In this document: positions 61,147 to 61,874 of the stretch, piece after piece | Layout of the letters: every line of letters begins with the position of its first letter | How positions within the stretch are numbered: the stretch's first letter is position 1 | Assembly (NCBI GenBank): GCA_013265495.1 | Contig: MU058206.1 | Location: 684,001 to 745,874 of the forward strand | Reading direction: 5' to 3' | DNA length: 61,874 nt | Source of the DNA: Vicugna vicugna | Taxonomy: Eukaryota | The notes under the pieces: model-generated | Databases searched by the model: none | Told to the model about the DNA's origin: nothing | What the model saw: the letters and a program-made list of their open reading frames with translations, nothing else | Made by a program: the position numbers and the translations under genes

Positions 61147-61751
61147 NNNNNNNNNNNNNNNNNNNNNNNNNNNNNNNNNNNNNNNNNNNNNNNNNNNNNN
61201 NNNNNNNNNNNNNNNNNNNNNNNNNNNNNNNNNNNNNNNNNNNNNNNNNNNNNNNNNNNNNNNNNNNNNNNNNNNNNNNNNNNNNNNNNNNNNNNNNNNN
61301 NNNNNNNNNNNNNNNNNNNNNNNNNNNNNNNNNNNNNNNNNNNNNNNNNNNNNNNNNNNNNNNNNNNNNNNNNNNNNNNNNNNNNNNNNNNNNNNNNNNN
61401 NNNNNNNNNNNNNNNNNNNNNNNNNNNNNNNNNNNNNNNNNNNNNNNNNNNNNNNNNNNNNNNNNNNNNNNNNNNNNNNNNNNNNNNNNNNNNNNNNNNN
61501 NNNNNNNNNNNNNNNNNNNNNNNNNNNNNNNNNNNNNNNNNNNNNNNNNNNNNNNNNNNNNNNNNNNNNNNNNNNNNNNNNNNNNNNNNNNNNNNNNNNN
61601 NNNNNNNNNNNNNNNNNNNNNNNNNNNNNNNNNNNNNNNNNNNNNNNNNNNNNNNNNNNNNNNNNNNNNNNNNNNNNNNNNNNNNNNNNNNNNNNNNNNN
61701 NNNNNNNNNNNNNNNNNNNNNNNNNNNNNNNNNNNNNNNNNNNNNNNNNNN
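61147..61751. other. Assembly gap (605 N)
   Basis: Run of N. Confidence 1.
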
Positions 61752-61874
61752 NGCTTCAATCTTTCTCTACTAACTGATTTTCCAGTTCACTAATCCTCTC
61801 TCCTACTCCTCTAAATTCCTAATTTCAGGCATTGTATTTTTTCCATTCAAGGATTCCACTTGATTCTTTCCTCT

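Noticed and set aside
60960..61793. ORFs spanning the N run
   Set aside because: Assembly-gap artefacts.
1..61874. Most ORFs in the six-frame track, including 2792-3571, 27684-28418 and 51876-52709
   Set aside because: Low-complexity P/G/S/R-rich translations with no recognisable homology, many starting at non-ATG codons; expected by chance in GC-rich mammalian DNA.

Overview
Mammalian genomic DNA, most likely a camelid (one tRNA-derived SINE of the camelid Vic-1 type, recognised from memory). I found no intact protein-coding gene. The first ~25 kb is a mosaic of gene fragments whose human orthologues all lie on chr17. In order: five consecutive minus-strand RAP1GAP2 exons covering the GAP catalytic core (with a frameshift, two dead splice sites and a 9-nt duplication); a truncated ERV1-type LTR at the breakpoint; an unidentified segment; the last exon of LYZL6; exon 1 of RDM1; a second CpG-island promoter with a non-coding first exon (possibly ARF2/ARL17-like); and two disabled LRRC37 LRR exons. 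This looks like a segmental-duplication block built around an LRRC37 duplicon. Two chimeric-gene candidates stand out. One is an open frame running through the antisense LTR into the RAP1GAP2 catalytic exons. The other is captured promoters facing the LRRC37 exons. From ~25 kb onward the sequence is gene-poor and repeat-rich (MIR, L2, L1, MLT1, hAT). It includes a truncated betaretrovirus-like provirus with an HML-6-like gag and a tRNA-Trp-like primer-binding site, and a 605-nt assembly gap. Gene identities rest on recalled protein sequences, not database searches. Repeat boundaries are approximate.
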